The notes: generated by a model not told the origin, from the sequence alone. A DNA stretch of 20,000 nucleotides from an uncultured virus (IMG/VR IMGVR_UViG_3300031994_003577) (IMGVR_UViG_3300031994_003577:53474-73473); one strand, 5' to 3'; positions 9,064-17,166 are shown, counted from the first letter of the stretch. Program-made: numbers and translations.

Positions 9064-9714
9064 ATGGAAGATTACATGAAAGTTATCTGCGCGATGGTGA
9101 GATCTAGCGAAGCGTTTTCTGCTTTTATGCACACGCCGTCGAAAGAAAAGTTCTATGATTTCTGTGAAGAGCTTGATGAATTTGATGACTTTAATGTAGT
9201 TGTTGAAAATTCTGAAATCTCTGTTAGAGTTTTTCATGGAGCTACTAAGGCTTGCTTTTATGTTGATGGTTGGTCTACTCTTATTAAAATTGGTTTTTCT
9301 GATTTTAAAGTAAACCATGCTGCGCGCGAGGCGGATATGTATTCGGAAGCGTGCAAATATGGAGTTGCACAGTTCTTAGTCCCGTGTAAAAAAATCGGAA
9401 AATTTTTTGGAACGCCCGTTTTTGAAACGGATTTTATTGAAGTTGATGAAGCTTTGGTCACTTCTGATATGTGGAATCGTTGTTCTGGTTCAATGAGTAA
9501 TGATGAAATTTCTAGCTTATTGGATGATGACGATCAATATATTTCGGTTCTGTTCCCGTTTTATTATTATGAAGATGAAGTAACTAAATTCTGTGATTTT
9601 CTTTCTGAATTTGGTATTAACGATATTCATAGTGGTAATATTGGCTATGATAGCGACGGGCGCATTAAGGTAATTGACTATAGTGGATATTATCCCTATG
9701 GTTATGCAGCTTAA
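9064..9714 (+). CDS. protein-kinase-like (PKL fold) protein
   Basis: G.TK loop, LIKIG (catalytic Lys), READMY (alphaC Glu), DIHSGNIG catalytic loop, IDYSG (DFG-like). Confidence 0.72.
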   Translation: MEDYMKVICAMVRSSEAFSAFMHTPSKEKFYDFCEELDEFDDFNVVVENSEISVRVFHGATKACFYVDGWSTLIKIGFSDFKVNHAAREADMYSEACKYGVAQFLVPCKKIGKFFGTPVFETDFIEVDEALVTSDMWNRCSGSMSNDEISSLLDDDDQYISVLFPFYYYEDEVTKFCDFLSEFGINDIHSGNIGYDSDGRIKVIDYSGYYPYGYAA

Positions 9715-9723
9715 AAATTTTCC

Positions 9724-9835
9724 AAAAAATCCCATAAATTGAATACTCTTGTGGTCTAGGCGCATTAGACGCGGGCACTGTCCTCTCTTGTCATTAAATC
9801 CGCCCGTAAAGAGTATTCAGTTTATGGGATTTTTT
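9724..9835. repeat. 27-bp inverted repeat with 58-bp spacer
   Basis: AAAAAATCCCATAAATTGAATACTCTT (9724-9750) vs 9809-9835, one mismatch. Confidence 0.9.
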
Positions 9836-9867
9836 TATGCTCCGCGCGCAGTTTACGTTTTAAGTTA

Positions 9868-10620
9868 TAGGGAATTTTCTAGAAATTTTTCCAAAAACCT
9901 CATACTATATTCGGAAAATTTTCCAAAAACGTATTATATGCGCGTGTAATTTTCGGAAAAAATTCCAAAAAATTTTCGGAAAACGCATATAAAATTCTAA
10001 AATTTTCCGAAAAATGCGCGTGAAATTTTCCGAAAAACGTACATAAAAAATTCCGAAAATTTCGTGTACGAAAAAATTATAGTTTTGAATTGAAAAAATT
10101 ACATTTAAAATGTAAATTAAGGGGTGTTATAGAAATAAAAAGTAACAGAAAAAGGTTAGGGAATGTCCGGAGATGAGAACGTTACACCAAACGTTCAACC
10201 CCACCAAGTGCACGAAGAACGTATACGTTTAAACGTATAATTAAAACGGGCGAAAGGCCGCCCCAGTCCCAGCTGCCACGAAGAACGTATAAGTATAACG
10301 TATACGTTTAAACGTATACGTTAGGGTATACAGTCGATGCGGGAGTGGAAGTGGCGAGACGGGGTAGTGCGTGAGAATGGAGTGAGATGGAATGAGTCTT
10401 GTAAAGTTTAGTTAGGTCTTGTTAGGGTAGGATAGGTCTCTGCGCCAAATTTAACACCAAAGCAAATTTTAAAATAAAATATATAATATAATATATAATA
10501 TATAATACGTTAAACGTACAATAAAATAACACATTAAATGTATACGTAAAACATATAATTAAAACGTATAATTAAAACGTATACGCTGAACGTATACGCT
10601 GAACGTATAATGCGCGAATC
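9868..10620. repeat. non-coding repeat/palindrome-rich region at the strand switch
   Basis: Multiple GGAAAATTTTCC/TTTTCGGAAAA-like units (9868-10070); CACGAAGAACGTATA x2 (10211, 10277); 28-bp perfect palindrome 10296-10323; AT run 10478-10506; AACGTATA repeats 10563-10609. Confidence 0.85.
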
Positions 10621-10673
10621 ATAAATTTATTGCAAATTTTAACTCGTGTCAAATTTTCGGCGCGCATAAAATA

Positions 10674-10699
10674 AAAAGAGCAACAAACGTTGCTCTTTT
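10674..10699 (-). terminator. bidirectional intrinsic terminator
   Basis: AAAAGAGCAAC-AAAC-GTTGCTCTTTT. Confidence 0.75.
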
Positions 10700-10712
10700 C
10701 TTATACTCCAGC

Positions 10713-11060
10713 TTATTCAGCGCGAGTATAGCCCTTCTGCAGCTTATTGCCGACTTTCACATCAGCAGACACCGCGCGGCCATTCGCAACCAGCATGCGC
10801 AGAAGAGAGCTGGCCTTCGGAATACTGGTGATACCGTCGATGCCGAGCGCGTACACGTCGTTTGCCGTGATAGCCTTATCGCTCAGGTGCGCGAACACCT
10901 GCTCTGCCAGCTCAAGGTTGGCTTCCTGCTTCGGAGTGAGCGTGGTGCGCTTCTTCTCCAGCTGCGCGTCGATCTGCGCGAGTTCCTTCGTCGCAAATTC
11001 CTTGGTCTCGTCGTTCATGGTTCCATTGATAACTGCATTCAAAAATTCACGCTTCGTCAT
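10713..11060 (-). CDS. winged-helix-like protein, paralogue A
   Basis: Aligns with 13125, 16193 and 18024 ORFs (MTx(R/K)EFL...TAxxI/V...KA..L...K.Y); helical N-terminus plus wHTH-like C-terminus. Confidence 0.75.
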   Translation of the reverse strand: MTKREFLNAVINGTMNDETKEFATKELAQIDAQLEKKRTTLTPKQEANLELAEQVFAHLSDKAITANDVYALGIDGITSIPKASSLLRMLVANGRAVSADVKVGNKLQKGYTRAE

Positions 11061-11143
11061 AGTGATTTTCCCTTTCAGCGTCGGTCGCCACCCATTAATT
11101 TTTTAGGTTCTTCGGTTTCTTTCTCCCTTCACCTTACATATAT

Positions 11144-11172
11144 ATTATACTAAAATTTTAGAAAAATTTCAA
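11144..11172 (-). promoter_or_regulatory. sigma-A/70 promoter
   Basis: TTGAAA-17-TATAAT on minus strand. Confidence 0.75.
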
Positions 11173-11400
11173 AATTTGAACGCAGCTTATTTGCGCGAAT
11201 CTTAAAATTTGACAGCTCCAGCTTTTTTGACCTGCGCGTAAAATTTGACAGCTTTTGAAGCATATTTTGCAGCTTTTTGCAAATTTTCCCAGCTCCAGCT
11301 TTCCAGCTCCTAGCTTCGCAGCTTATTTTGCAGCTTCTTAAAATTTGATTAATTTGGAAATTTGCCCGGGTATAAAATTTGCATCCGGTCAAAATTTGCA
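11152..11400. repeat. interspersed CAGCT and AAATTTG short repeats
   Basis: About ten CAGCT and several AAAATTTG(A/C) units in about 250 bp of non-coding DNA. Confidence 0.7.
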
Positions 11401-11458
11401 TATGCGCACCCGCTGCGTAATAAATGAAATAAGATGATTTTTGTTTTATTTGACCCTC

Positions 11459-11487
11459 TTGACAAGCAAAAAAATTTGTAGTATAAT
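11459..11487 (+). promoter_or_regulatory. consensus promoter pointing into the minus-strand array
   Basis: TTGACA-17-TATAAT on + strand. Confidence 0.75.
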
Positions 11488-11545
11488 ATAATGGGTAAAA
11501 CTTGACTTTCGCCCGGGCAAAATGGCCGGCGCGCATAAAGATACA

Positions 11546-11572
11546 AAAAAAAGAGTGCTTATGCACTCTTTT
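11546..11572 (-). terminator. bidirectional terminator overlapping the stop codon
   Basis: AAAAAAAGAGTGC-TTAT-GCACTCTTTTT. Confidence 0.7.
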
Positions 11573-11879
11573 CCTTTTTGGCCTTGGCGATCTTGCGCGC
11601 CTTCTCTTCGGCCTTCTTTTCGCGCTTCTTGCGCGCCTCTTCCTGCTTGAAAGAGTACGCCTGCGCCTCTTCATAAGGGTCATAACCCTCGCCATCCCTC
11701 GCACCCTTGGGAATCTGCACCACAATGCGCACCGCACTTTCCTCGCCGTCCTCAACAATGGGAACGGCATAGGATGCAGAACCGACCTGCAATACATCAT
11801 ACCCAAAGGACTTCAGACTTTCCACAATATGGGAAATAACCTCATCACGCGACTTTTCGCCAACCTTGGAACTTGCCAT
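11559..11879 (-). CDS. hypothetical protein, paralogue of 16852..17166
   Basis: Shared VGS.S...P.VE..EE.AV.IV.QIPKG.R.G.GYD.YE.AQAY.FK plus Lys-rich tail; own promoter TTGACG-17-TATACT (11910-11938). Confidence 0.8.
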   Translation of the reverse strand: MASSKVGEKSRDEVISHIVESLKSFGYDVLQVGSASYAVPIVEDGEESAVRIVVQIPKGARDGEGYDPYEEAQAYSFKQEEARKKREKKAEEKARKIAKAKKEKSA

Positions 11880-11981
11880 AGTTTTTATCTCCTTTCTTTT
11901 TCTGTAATAAGTATACCATACTCTTGGTCTCTCGTCAAGTAAAATCTACGTAAAGTCCCGGGCAAAGCAACTGCGGCGGTT

Positions 11982-12638
11982 TTAATCCCGCCACAGTCTA
12001 CCATCAATAGAGGGCGCGAGGCTCAAAAGATACTCGAAAATTTTACGCTCAATCTGAACATCTTCCAAACCTGTATGCGATTCTGTAAAATCCAAGTCGT
12101 TTGTAATAAACTTGTAAAGGACTTCGGCAGTATATCGTGGCTTACCGTTTGCGGTCACAAAGTTATTTGCAACGCAGAAGGTTTTATACTCATCATTATC
12201 TGCAAGAATTTCTCTTGCCATAGTGAGAGTATCCCACCATTCAACGCCCCAAGGGAACACCCAACGCCAACGTGACGAGGTTTCATATCTTTGTGTAAGG
12301 TGGATAGAATGATAGTCAAAGCGCGCGTTGTGGGCACAAATCACTTTTACATCATTGTCAACGATTGCCTTGTACAATGTTTCGATGATTGCGCGCCAAG
12401 TCCGCAGTTCACGCTTGCCTCTTTGAATATCGCTCCAATAGGCAGGAATCTTGTCTGCGAAAAATGCGGAAGCCATCAGTTCTTTATCACAAAACACGTC
12501 CGCATTTACAAAACTGTTGCGGTCGTAAAGGTTGCCGTCAAGGTCAAAAATTTCATAACCCAAATCATATACAATAGGGTCATCAATAGAGTTAGTGGTT
12601 TCGGTGTCAAGCATCAACACGCGCATGGTCTTGTCCAT
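11982..12638 (-). CDS. DEDDh 3'-5' exonuclease (DnaQ-like)
   Basis: ExoI LDTET, ExoII AHNARFD, WDTL, ExoIII HTGLEDV; own promoter TTGACT-17-TATAAT (12671-12699). Confidence 0.88.
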   Translation of the reverse strand: MDKTMRVLMLDTETTNSIDDPIVYDLGYEIFDLDGNLYDRNSFVNADVFCDKELMASAFFADKIPAYWSDIQRGKRELRTWRAIIETLYKAIVDNDVKVICAHNARFDYHSIHLTQRYETSSRWRWVFPWGVEWWDTLTMAREILADNDEYKTFCVANNFVTANGKPRYTAEVLYKFITNDLDFTESHTGLEDVQIERKIFEYLLSLAPSIDGRLWRD

Positions 12639-12752
12639 TTGTTTTGTTCCTTTCTTTAACTTACAAATTTATTATACATGATATATTGCAAAAAGTCAAG
12701 AGATAGTTATGTAAAATCTATGTAAAACGCGCCCCCCCCCCGGGCCGAGGCC

Positions 12753-12959
12753 TCACTCAAGATTGAGTGAGGCATTCGGATACACGCGCACTTCATCAGT
12801 AGGGAAGAAATGGGCAAATGAGCCATCAGAAAGGCAGACCGCGTTTCCTTCTTCTGTGCATTCTATCCGCATGAAGAATTTTTCATAATCATAGTTATAA
12901 AACACTTCACCGAGATTTACATCTCCAAACATGGCAGTCGGCAACTGATTAATCTTCAT
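12753..12959 (-). CDS. hypothetical protein (MKINQLP...)
   Basis: AAAGGAAAG RBS; promoter TTGACT-17-TATACT (12992-13020). Confidence 0.75.
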   Translation of the reverse strand: MKINQLPTAMFGDVNLGEVFYNYDYEKFFMRIECTEEGNAVCLSDGSFAHFFPTDEVRVYPNASLNLE

Positions 12960-13085
12960 TTTTTTTACTTTCCTTTCCTTTTTCTGTAATAAGTATAACA
13001 CATAGAGAATAAAAAGTCAATACTAAAAAATAATATATTTTTGTGAAAATCGCCCGGGCAAGTTAGACAACTCTAACTATTTTAT

Positions 13086-13117
13086 ATAAAAAAAATGGGA
13101 ATTACTTCCCATTTTTC
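13086..13117 (-). terminator. intrinsic terminator
   Basis: AAAAAATGGGAA-TTAC-TTCCCATTTTTT. Confidence 0.75.
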
Positions 13118-13124
13118 GTTTGGG

Positions 13125-13445
13125 TTACAGACTGTAACCCTTGACCACGCGGCGGTCAACCTGAACATCCGTAACACGGACGCCTTCGAGACGCTTGCAA
13201 AGCGCGGTTGCCTTGGACGTATGCACATCGAGTGCCGCGCCGATTTCCGCGGCGGTCATGGGATGGTTCGCGCTCGTCAGCAAGTTGCGCAGAGCATCAA
13301 GCATGGGAGCATCTTCGGCGGACTTCTTCGCGGCGCGATTGCTTGCGGATTCGTTCGCCTTGCGGAGTGCCTCGGTCGCGTGTGCGATAACTTCGGCGGT
13401 GATGTTGTTCTCGGATACAGCAGTCAGAAATTCCTTGTTCGTCAT
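13125..13445 (-). CDS. winged-helix-like protein, paralogue B
   Basis: HPMTAAEIG...HTSKATALCK...KGYSL; promoter TTGACA-17-TATAAT (13504-13532). Confidence 0.8.
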   Translation of the reverse strand: MTNKEFLTAVSENNITAEVIAHATEALRKANESASNRAAKKSAEDAPMLDALRNLLTSANHPMTAAEIGAALDVHTSKATALCKRLEGVRVTDVQVDRRVVKGYSL

Positions 13446-13569
13446 AGTAGTTTAGTTTCCTTTCTCGTGGTTGGTCACGACCCTTTCTTTATCTTACGTA
13501 CTTATTATAGCACATAGATTCTTGTTTGTCAAGTCCTTTTTTCAACTTTTTCAAAAAATTTTTTTGAAA

Positions 13570-13680
13570 GAGAGGGGTTCCAAGGGCTTTGGTCTTTTTT
13601 TTCGGCTTGGGCCCTTCCGCCTACTCACTTGGGACTTACACACCATTAGCCTCGCCCACAGGGTCTCGCCCTTGGAACAA
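13570..13680 (-). ncRNA. candidate structured small RNA or leader 1 (5' GUUCCAAGGG)
   Basis: Own promoter TTGACA-17-TATACT (13685-13713); no RBS/ORF; perfect 11-bp terminal stem 13577-13587/13668-13678. Confidence 0.55.
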
Positions 13681-13769
13681 TTATAGTATAACACACCCCT
13701 TACAGAATGTCAATACTTTTTTTCAAAAAAAATAATATATTTTCTGCGCGCCCGGGCAGTTAGAAGACT

Positions 13770-13997
13770 TTAACAGTCTTCTGTATAGCACCCCATATAT
13801 GGGTCGAACCCTATTTCAAGATCGTAATCTTCTTCATCTTCGTCCTCGTCATAGTCATACTCGTCTTCATCATCATCCCAAACTTCGGGATTATCTTGCG
13901 GTTCTTCTGCACCGCACCAATATTCGCAATCGCAATTATACGTTGCGTCAAAGGGGCAAACTCCGTCATCGCAAGGGGTTTCACGCTTAATCGACAT
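13770..13997 (-). CDS. highly acidic Cys-containing small protein
   Basis: MSIKRETPCDDGVCPF...long D/E tract...GFDPYMGCYTEDC; GAGGA upstream. Confidence 0.7.
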   Translation of the reverse strand: MSIKRETPCDDGVCPFDATYNCDCEYWCGAEEPQDNPEVWDDDEDEYDYDEDEDEEDYDLEIGFDPYMGCYTEDC

Positions 13998-14127
13998 TTT
14001 CTTCTTCCTCACTTTCTTCTTCAAAGTTGTATCGCCAATATTCGGAACAGTCAAAGGTTGGGTCGGTTACTTTACAGTTACCATCCTCATAAAAGGGGCA
14101 TCGAAAACCATCATAAAGACAAATCAT
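13987..14127 (-). CDS. 46-aa Cys-rich acidic protein (MICLYDGFRCPF...)
   Basis: Four Cys, acidic tail; AAGGAG RBS; overlaps both neighbours. Confidence 0.6.
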   Translation of the reverse strand: MICLYDGFRCPFYEDGNCKVTDPTFDCSEYWRYNFEEESEEEENVD

Positions 14128-14308
14128 TTTCTTCTTTCTCCTTTTCTTCTTTTTCATAGGCTTCCTCTAAACAGAAGTCACCGCCCTGTGCGTGGCAGTA
14201 AGGTCTGCGAGAGTACGAGTGTTTGCCATCTCCGCAACGCCAATGCGGACAGTTGACGCAATGGTCATTTTCCTTTTCGGGTTTGCCCCATCTCTTTGCC
14301 ATAGTCAT
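14111..14308 (-). CDS. small Cys/His-rich protein
   Basis: GAAGGAG RBS; promoter TTGACA-17-TATACT (14332-14360). Confidence 0.65.
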   Translation of the reverse strand: MTMAKRWGKPEKENDHCVNCPHWRCGDGKHSYSRRPYCHAQGGDFCLEEAYEKEEKEKEENDLSL

Positions 14309-14405
14309 TGACTCCTTCATTTGATGATATAAGTATAACATATAATGCGCGCGTTGTCAATAGTTTTAGGATAATATATTATTTCGGCCCGGGCAAACTG
14401 CGACC

Positions 14406-14846
14406 TCACAGGGCGCGCAGAATGTCAATAATTGCATTTGCGTCAAATGCTTCACCCGTCCATGCTTCACGGATTCCTGCATTATCATCAAATAAAATCC
14501 CTTCGGGAAATGCAACGGTTTCCTGCTTCGGTGTGCCATAGGGAACAATAGAAATTTCATCCCATTCCACAGACGGCAAATGCTTTTTCAACCAACCGAT
14601 TTTTGCAACAGTTACGGCACATTCATAGTCCTCAGTAGAATTTTTTGCTGTCCACGAAATGACACCGATATGGTATCCTTCCTTTTGTAACTTGTTCAGA
14701 AGGCGCGCGAGTGTAGAGAGACGAACGAGAGGACGCGCGATAATATACGGCGAAGGATCAGAAGCATGAAGGGCATCAAGCCAACCATTGATATTATAAA
14801 GGTCTGCGAGAGTTCCGTCCATATCGAAGTAAATTGCTTTGGTCAT
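14406..14846 (-). CDS. HAD-superfamily phosphatase (5'-nucleotidase-like)
   Basis: Motif I FDMDGT, motif II ISWT, Lys, motif IV LFDD; promoter TTGACA-17-TATGAT (14878-14906). Confidence 0.85.
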   Translation of the reverse strand: MTKAIYFDMDGTLADLYNINGWLDALHASDPSPYIIARPLVRLSTLARLLNKLQKEGYHIGVISWTAKNSTEDYECAVTVAKIGWLKKHLPSVEWDEISIVPYGTPKQETVAFPEGILFDDNAGIREAWTGEAFDANAIIDILRAL

Positions 14847-14950
14847 TTTAGGATTTCCTTTCTTTCTTTGTGTATATATCATAACATAGTATTATGGATT
14901 TGTCAAGTACTTTTTCGCAGAAAAAATAATATATTTTGTGCGCCCGGTCA

Positions 14951-15517
14951 TTAGGCAAGGACAATGTCCTTACCTAAATATTCGGCAACTAGTTTATTAA
15001 ATGTTCTTGTTGGAATATCAACACCGAAAAACCTATCATTTTTATGGAAAGCTTCGGGGTGTTTCCGAATGTAAGCGGCGCGTGTATAACTTTCCGCTCC
15101 TTCTGCGGGGATCGCGCCGCAATCAATTACGGAACAGATTTCAACATTAGCAACGGCGATCCCATGTTTTTGATAGTATCTGATTTCTTCTTTTAATCTT
15201 TGTTCAGGAAGTCTTGTTGTTGTACCGACTTTTGAACAGATTAACTCTCCATTTTCATAGTAAAATTTGTAGAGGTAAACGAGTTGTCTGCCGCCGCGCA
15301 TAACTGCTTTGACTTTTTGTGTGATGTGATAGAATTTATTACACGCTTCCTCGATACGGTCTGCAAAATCGTGAATATATTTTTTAATTGTTGAAATTGC
15401 ATAACCTGTCCATTTTTTAATTTGTTCATGGGTAAATCCATGCTTATCAAGGTAAATTGTCTGAAGATGCTTTGTATCGGCATCTTCAAAAATTTGAAAA
15501 GCATCAATTTTTTTCAT
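14951..15517 (-). CDS. HTH plus GIY-YIG/T5orf172-like domain protein
   Basis: N-terminal GFTHEQIKKWTGYAISTIKKY (HTH-like); LVYLY...SKVGTTTR.PEQRLKE...E resembles GIY-YIG superfamily; promoter 15550-15578. Confidence 0.6.
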   Translation of the reverse strand: MKKIDAFQIFEDADTKHLQTIYLDKHGFTHEQIKKWTGYAISTIKKYIHDFADRIEEACNKFYHITQKVKAVMRGGRQLVYLYKFYYENGELICSKVGTTTRLPEQRLKEEIRYYQKHGIAVANVEICSVIDCGAIPAEGAESYTRAAYIRKHPEAFHKNDRFFGVDIPTRTFNKLVAEYLGKDIVLA

Positions 15518-15636
15518 GTTTTTTTATTTCCTTTCTTTTTTCTGTATTTAGTATAACATAGATTGAGAGATTTGTCAATATTTTTTTAAAAAAAAATAAT
15601 ATATTATTTCCTGGAATGCGCCCGGGCGAAAACCGC

Positions 15637-15861
15637 TTATAGTGATTCATTATTAAATTTTTCTGTTCCGTATTTTTCCAACCACTTTTCTACTTCTGTG
15701 CGTCGATTTTGTAAAAATGCAAGTTCTTTTTCGATTCTTTTAAGTTCTTCGTGATAAAGCTGTGTTTTTCTTTCTCGCCGTTTTTGTTCTTGTTCGGCAA
15801 GTCGGCGGTCGTTTTCTTCGTGTAAATATTTGATAAAGTCGTTATACTCTGCTTTATTCAT
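15637..15861 (-). CDS. coiled-coil hypothetical protein
   Basis: AAGGAG RBS; start at 15861 (MNKAEY). Confidence 0.7.
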   Translation of the reverse strand: MNKAEYNDFIKYLHEENDRRLAEQEQKRRERKTQLYHEELKRIEKELAFLQNRRTEVEKWLEKYGTEKFNNESL

Positions 15862-15871
15862 TTTTTTCTCC

Positions 15872-16051
15872 TTAGATATAAATAATAATTTCTTTTGGTG
15901 TGTGCCGAATACCGACAACTTTTTCATCGTTTACGTTGGTATTGGAGTTATTGCCCATTCCCTGCCCAACCTTATTGTGAATATCGTCAATATAATATAT
16001 ACTGTAACGAGTGTACCAAGAAAAACATGCAATTAAGTCTTTAACAAGCAT
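15872..16051 (-). CDS. 59-aa hypothetical protein (MLVKDLIACF...)
   Basis: AAAGGA RBS; promoter TTGACT-17-TATACT (16081-16109). Confidence 0.65.
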   Translation of the reverse strand: MLVKDLIACFSWYTRYSIYYIDDIHNKVGQGMGNNSNTNVNDEKVVGIRHTPKEIIIYI

Positions 16052-16192
16052 TTTTGTATTTCCTTTCTTTTTCTGTAATTAGTATAACATACTTATATCG
16101 AAAAGTCAATAGTTTTTTCTAAAAAAATAATATATTTTATCGCGTCCGGGCGCGAGGTGCGACAATTATGTCGCACCCATGGTGTACTCTCA

Positions 16193-16534
16193 TTAGAGAG
16201 AGTACACTTTGACGATGCGCTTGTCTGCCTGTCCTTCACCGATAACGATGCCCTCGATGTGCTTGCAGAGTGCCGTTGCCTTGGAAGGAGTGTAGACGCC
16301 ACTAACGTTGGTGGCAATCTCGGACGCCGTCACAGGATGCCCCTTGGAAGTGAGAAATGAACGAACGGCTTCGAGAAGTTCGCCGTTTTCGGCGTACCAC
16401 TTGTCGTTGCGCTTGCTTGCGGCGTTCGCATTTGCGGTCGCACGCTTTTCGAGTTCGGACTTTGCAAAAGCGATTGCGTCATCGGTCAGAGTTCCGTTTG
16501 CGATAGAGGTGAGAAATTCGTTCATGTTCTTCAT
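16193..16534 (-). CDS. winged-helix-like protein, paralogue C
   Basis: HPVTASEIA...TPSKATALCK...KVYSL; promoter TTGACA-17-TAAAAT (16586-16614). Confidence 0.8.
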   Translation of the reverse strand: MKNMNEFLTSIANGTLTDDAIAFAKSELEKRATANANAASKRNDKWYAENGELLEAVRSFLTSKGHPVTASEIATNVSGVYTPSKATALCKHIEGIVIGEGQADKRIVKVYSL

Positions 16535-16640
16535 AGTTTTTGTTTCCTTTCTTGCGGTAGGTCGCAACCCCTTATTTCTGTAATCATTTTACCATAGGTT
16601 TGGGAGTTTGTCAAGAGGTTTTCAGAATTTTTTTTGAGAT

Positions 16641-16719
16641 TTTTTTGGCTTCGTGGGTGAATCTCAAAACCACTTTTGCCAACTGATTGCCCTTGACAAT
16701 CTCTTGTCCCTTGGAACAA
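16641..16719 (-). ncRNA. candidate small RNA or leader 2 (5' GUUCCAAGGG)
   Basis: Own promoter (16724-16752); 25-bp block identical to 13669-13693 and 18606-18630; no RBS/ORF. Confidence 0.5.
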
Positions 16720-16836
16720 TTATAGTATAACAGATGGGGTAAAAAATGTCAATACTTTTTGTGTAAAGATTGTGTAAAATTGGGCGCCCGGGCAAGTTAG
16801 AGAAATCTAACGATAAAAAATTTTCATAATTTTAGG

Positions 16837-16870
16837 AAAAAAAGGAGAGCATTAGTTGCTCTCCTTTTTC
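16837..16870 (-). terminator. terminator overlapping the stop codon
   Basis: AAAAAAGGAGAGCA-TTAGT-TGCTCTCCTTTTT. Confidence 0.7.
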
Positions 16871-17166
16871 GCTTTTGCAATTTTCTTTGCTTTTTCTTCT
16901 GCTTTCTTCTGCCGCTTCTTTTCGGCTTCTGCACACTTAAACGCATACGCCTGTGCGTCTTCGTATACATCATATCCCGTACCGTTACGTTCACCTTTCG
17001 GAATCTGGAATACGATTTTCACGGCGGTTTCTTCTTCACCTTCAACGGCGGGAATACCGAACGAACCACTGCCAACACGAAGAACATCAAGTCCTTCTAC
17101 TTCAAATGCTTTGCGAACAATTTCCATCAAATGTGCACGAGTTGCTTCACCAATTTTTTCTGCCAT
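16852..17166 (-). CDS. hypothetical protein, paralogue of 11559..11879
   Basis: Clear full-length similarity; promoter TTGACA-17-TATAAT (17198-17226). Confidence 0.8.
   Translation of the reverse strand: MAEKIGEATRAHLMEIVRKAFEVEGLDVLRVGSGSFGIPAVEGEEETAVKIVFQIPKGERNGTGYDVYEDAQAYAFKCAEAEKKRQKKAEEKAKKIAKAKKESN

Noticed and set aside
9749..9949. 66-aa + strand ORF
   Set aside because: It lies across the inverted repeat and low-complexity repeats, with no RBS.
11150..11806. 218-aa minus-strand ORF
   Set aside because: It is an alternate frame of 11559..11879 that runs through a terminator and a repeat field, with implausible composition.
12731..12741. Poly-C tract as a phase-variation switch
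   Set aside because: It is intergenic, outside the promoter spacer, and merely extends the CCCGGGC motif; it may be a sequencing homopolymer error.
15594..15609. Xer dif/pdif sites
   Set aside because: ATAA-TATA-TTAT has a 4-bp rather than 6-bp centre, and no full 28-bp XerC/XerD arm pair is present.
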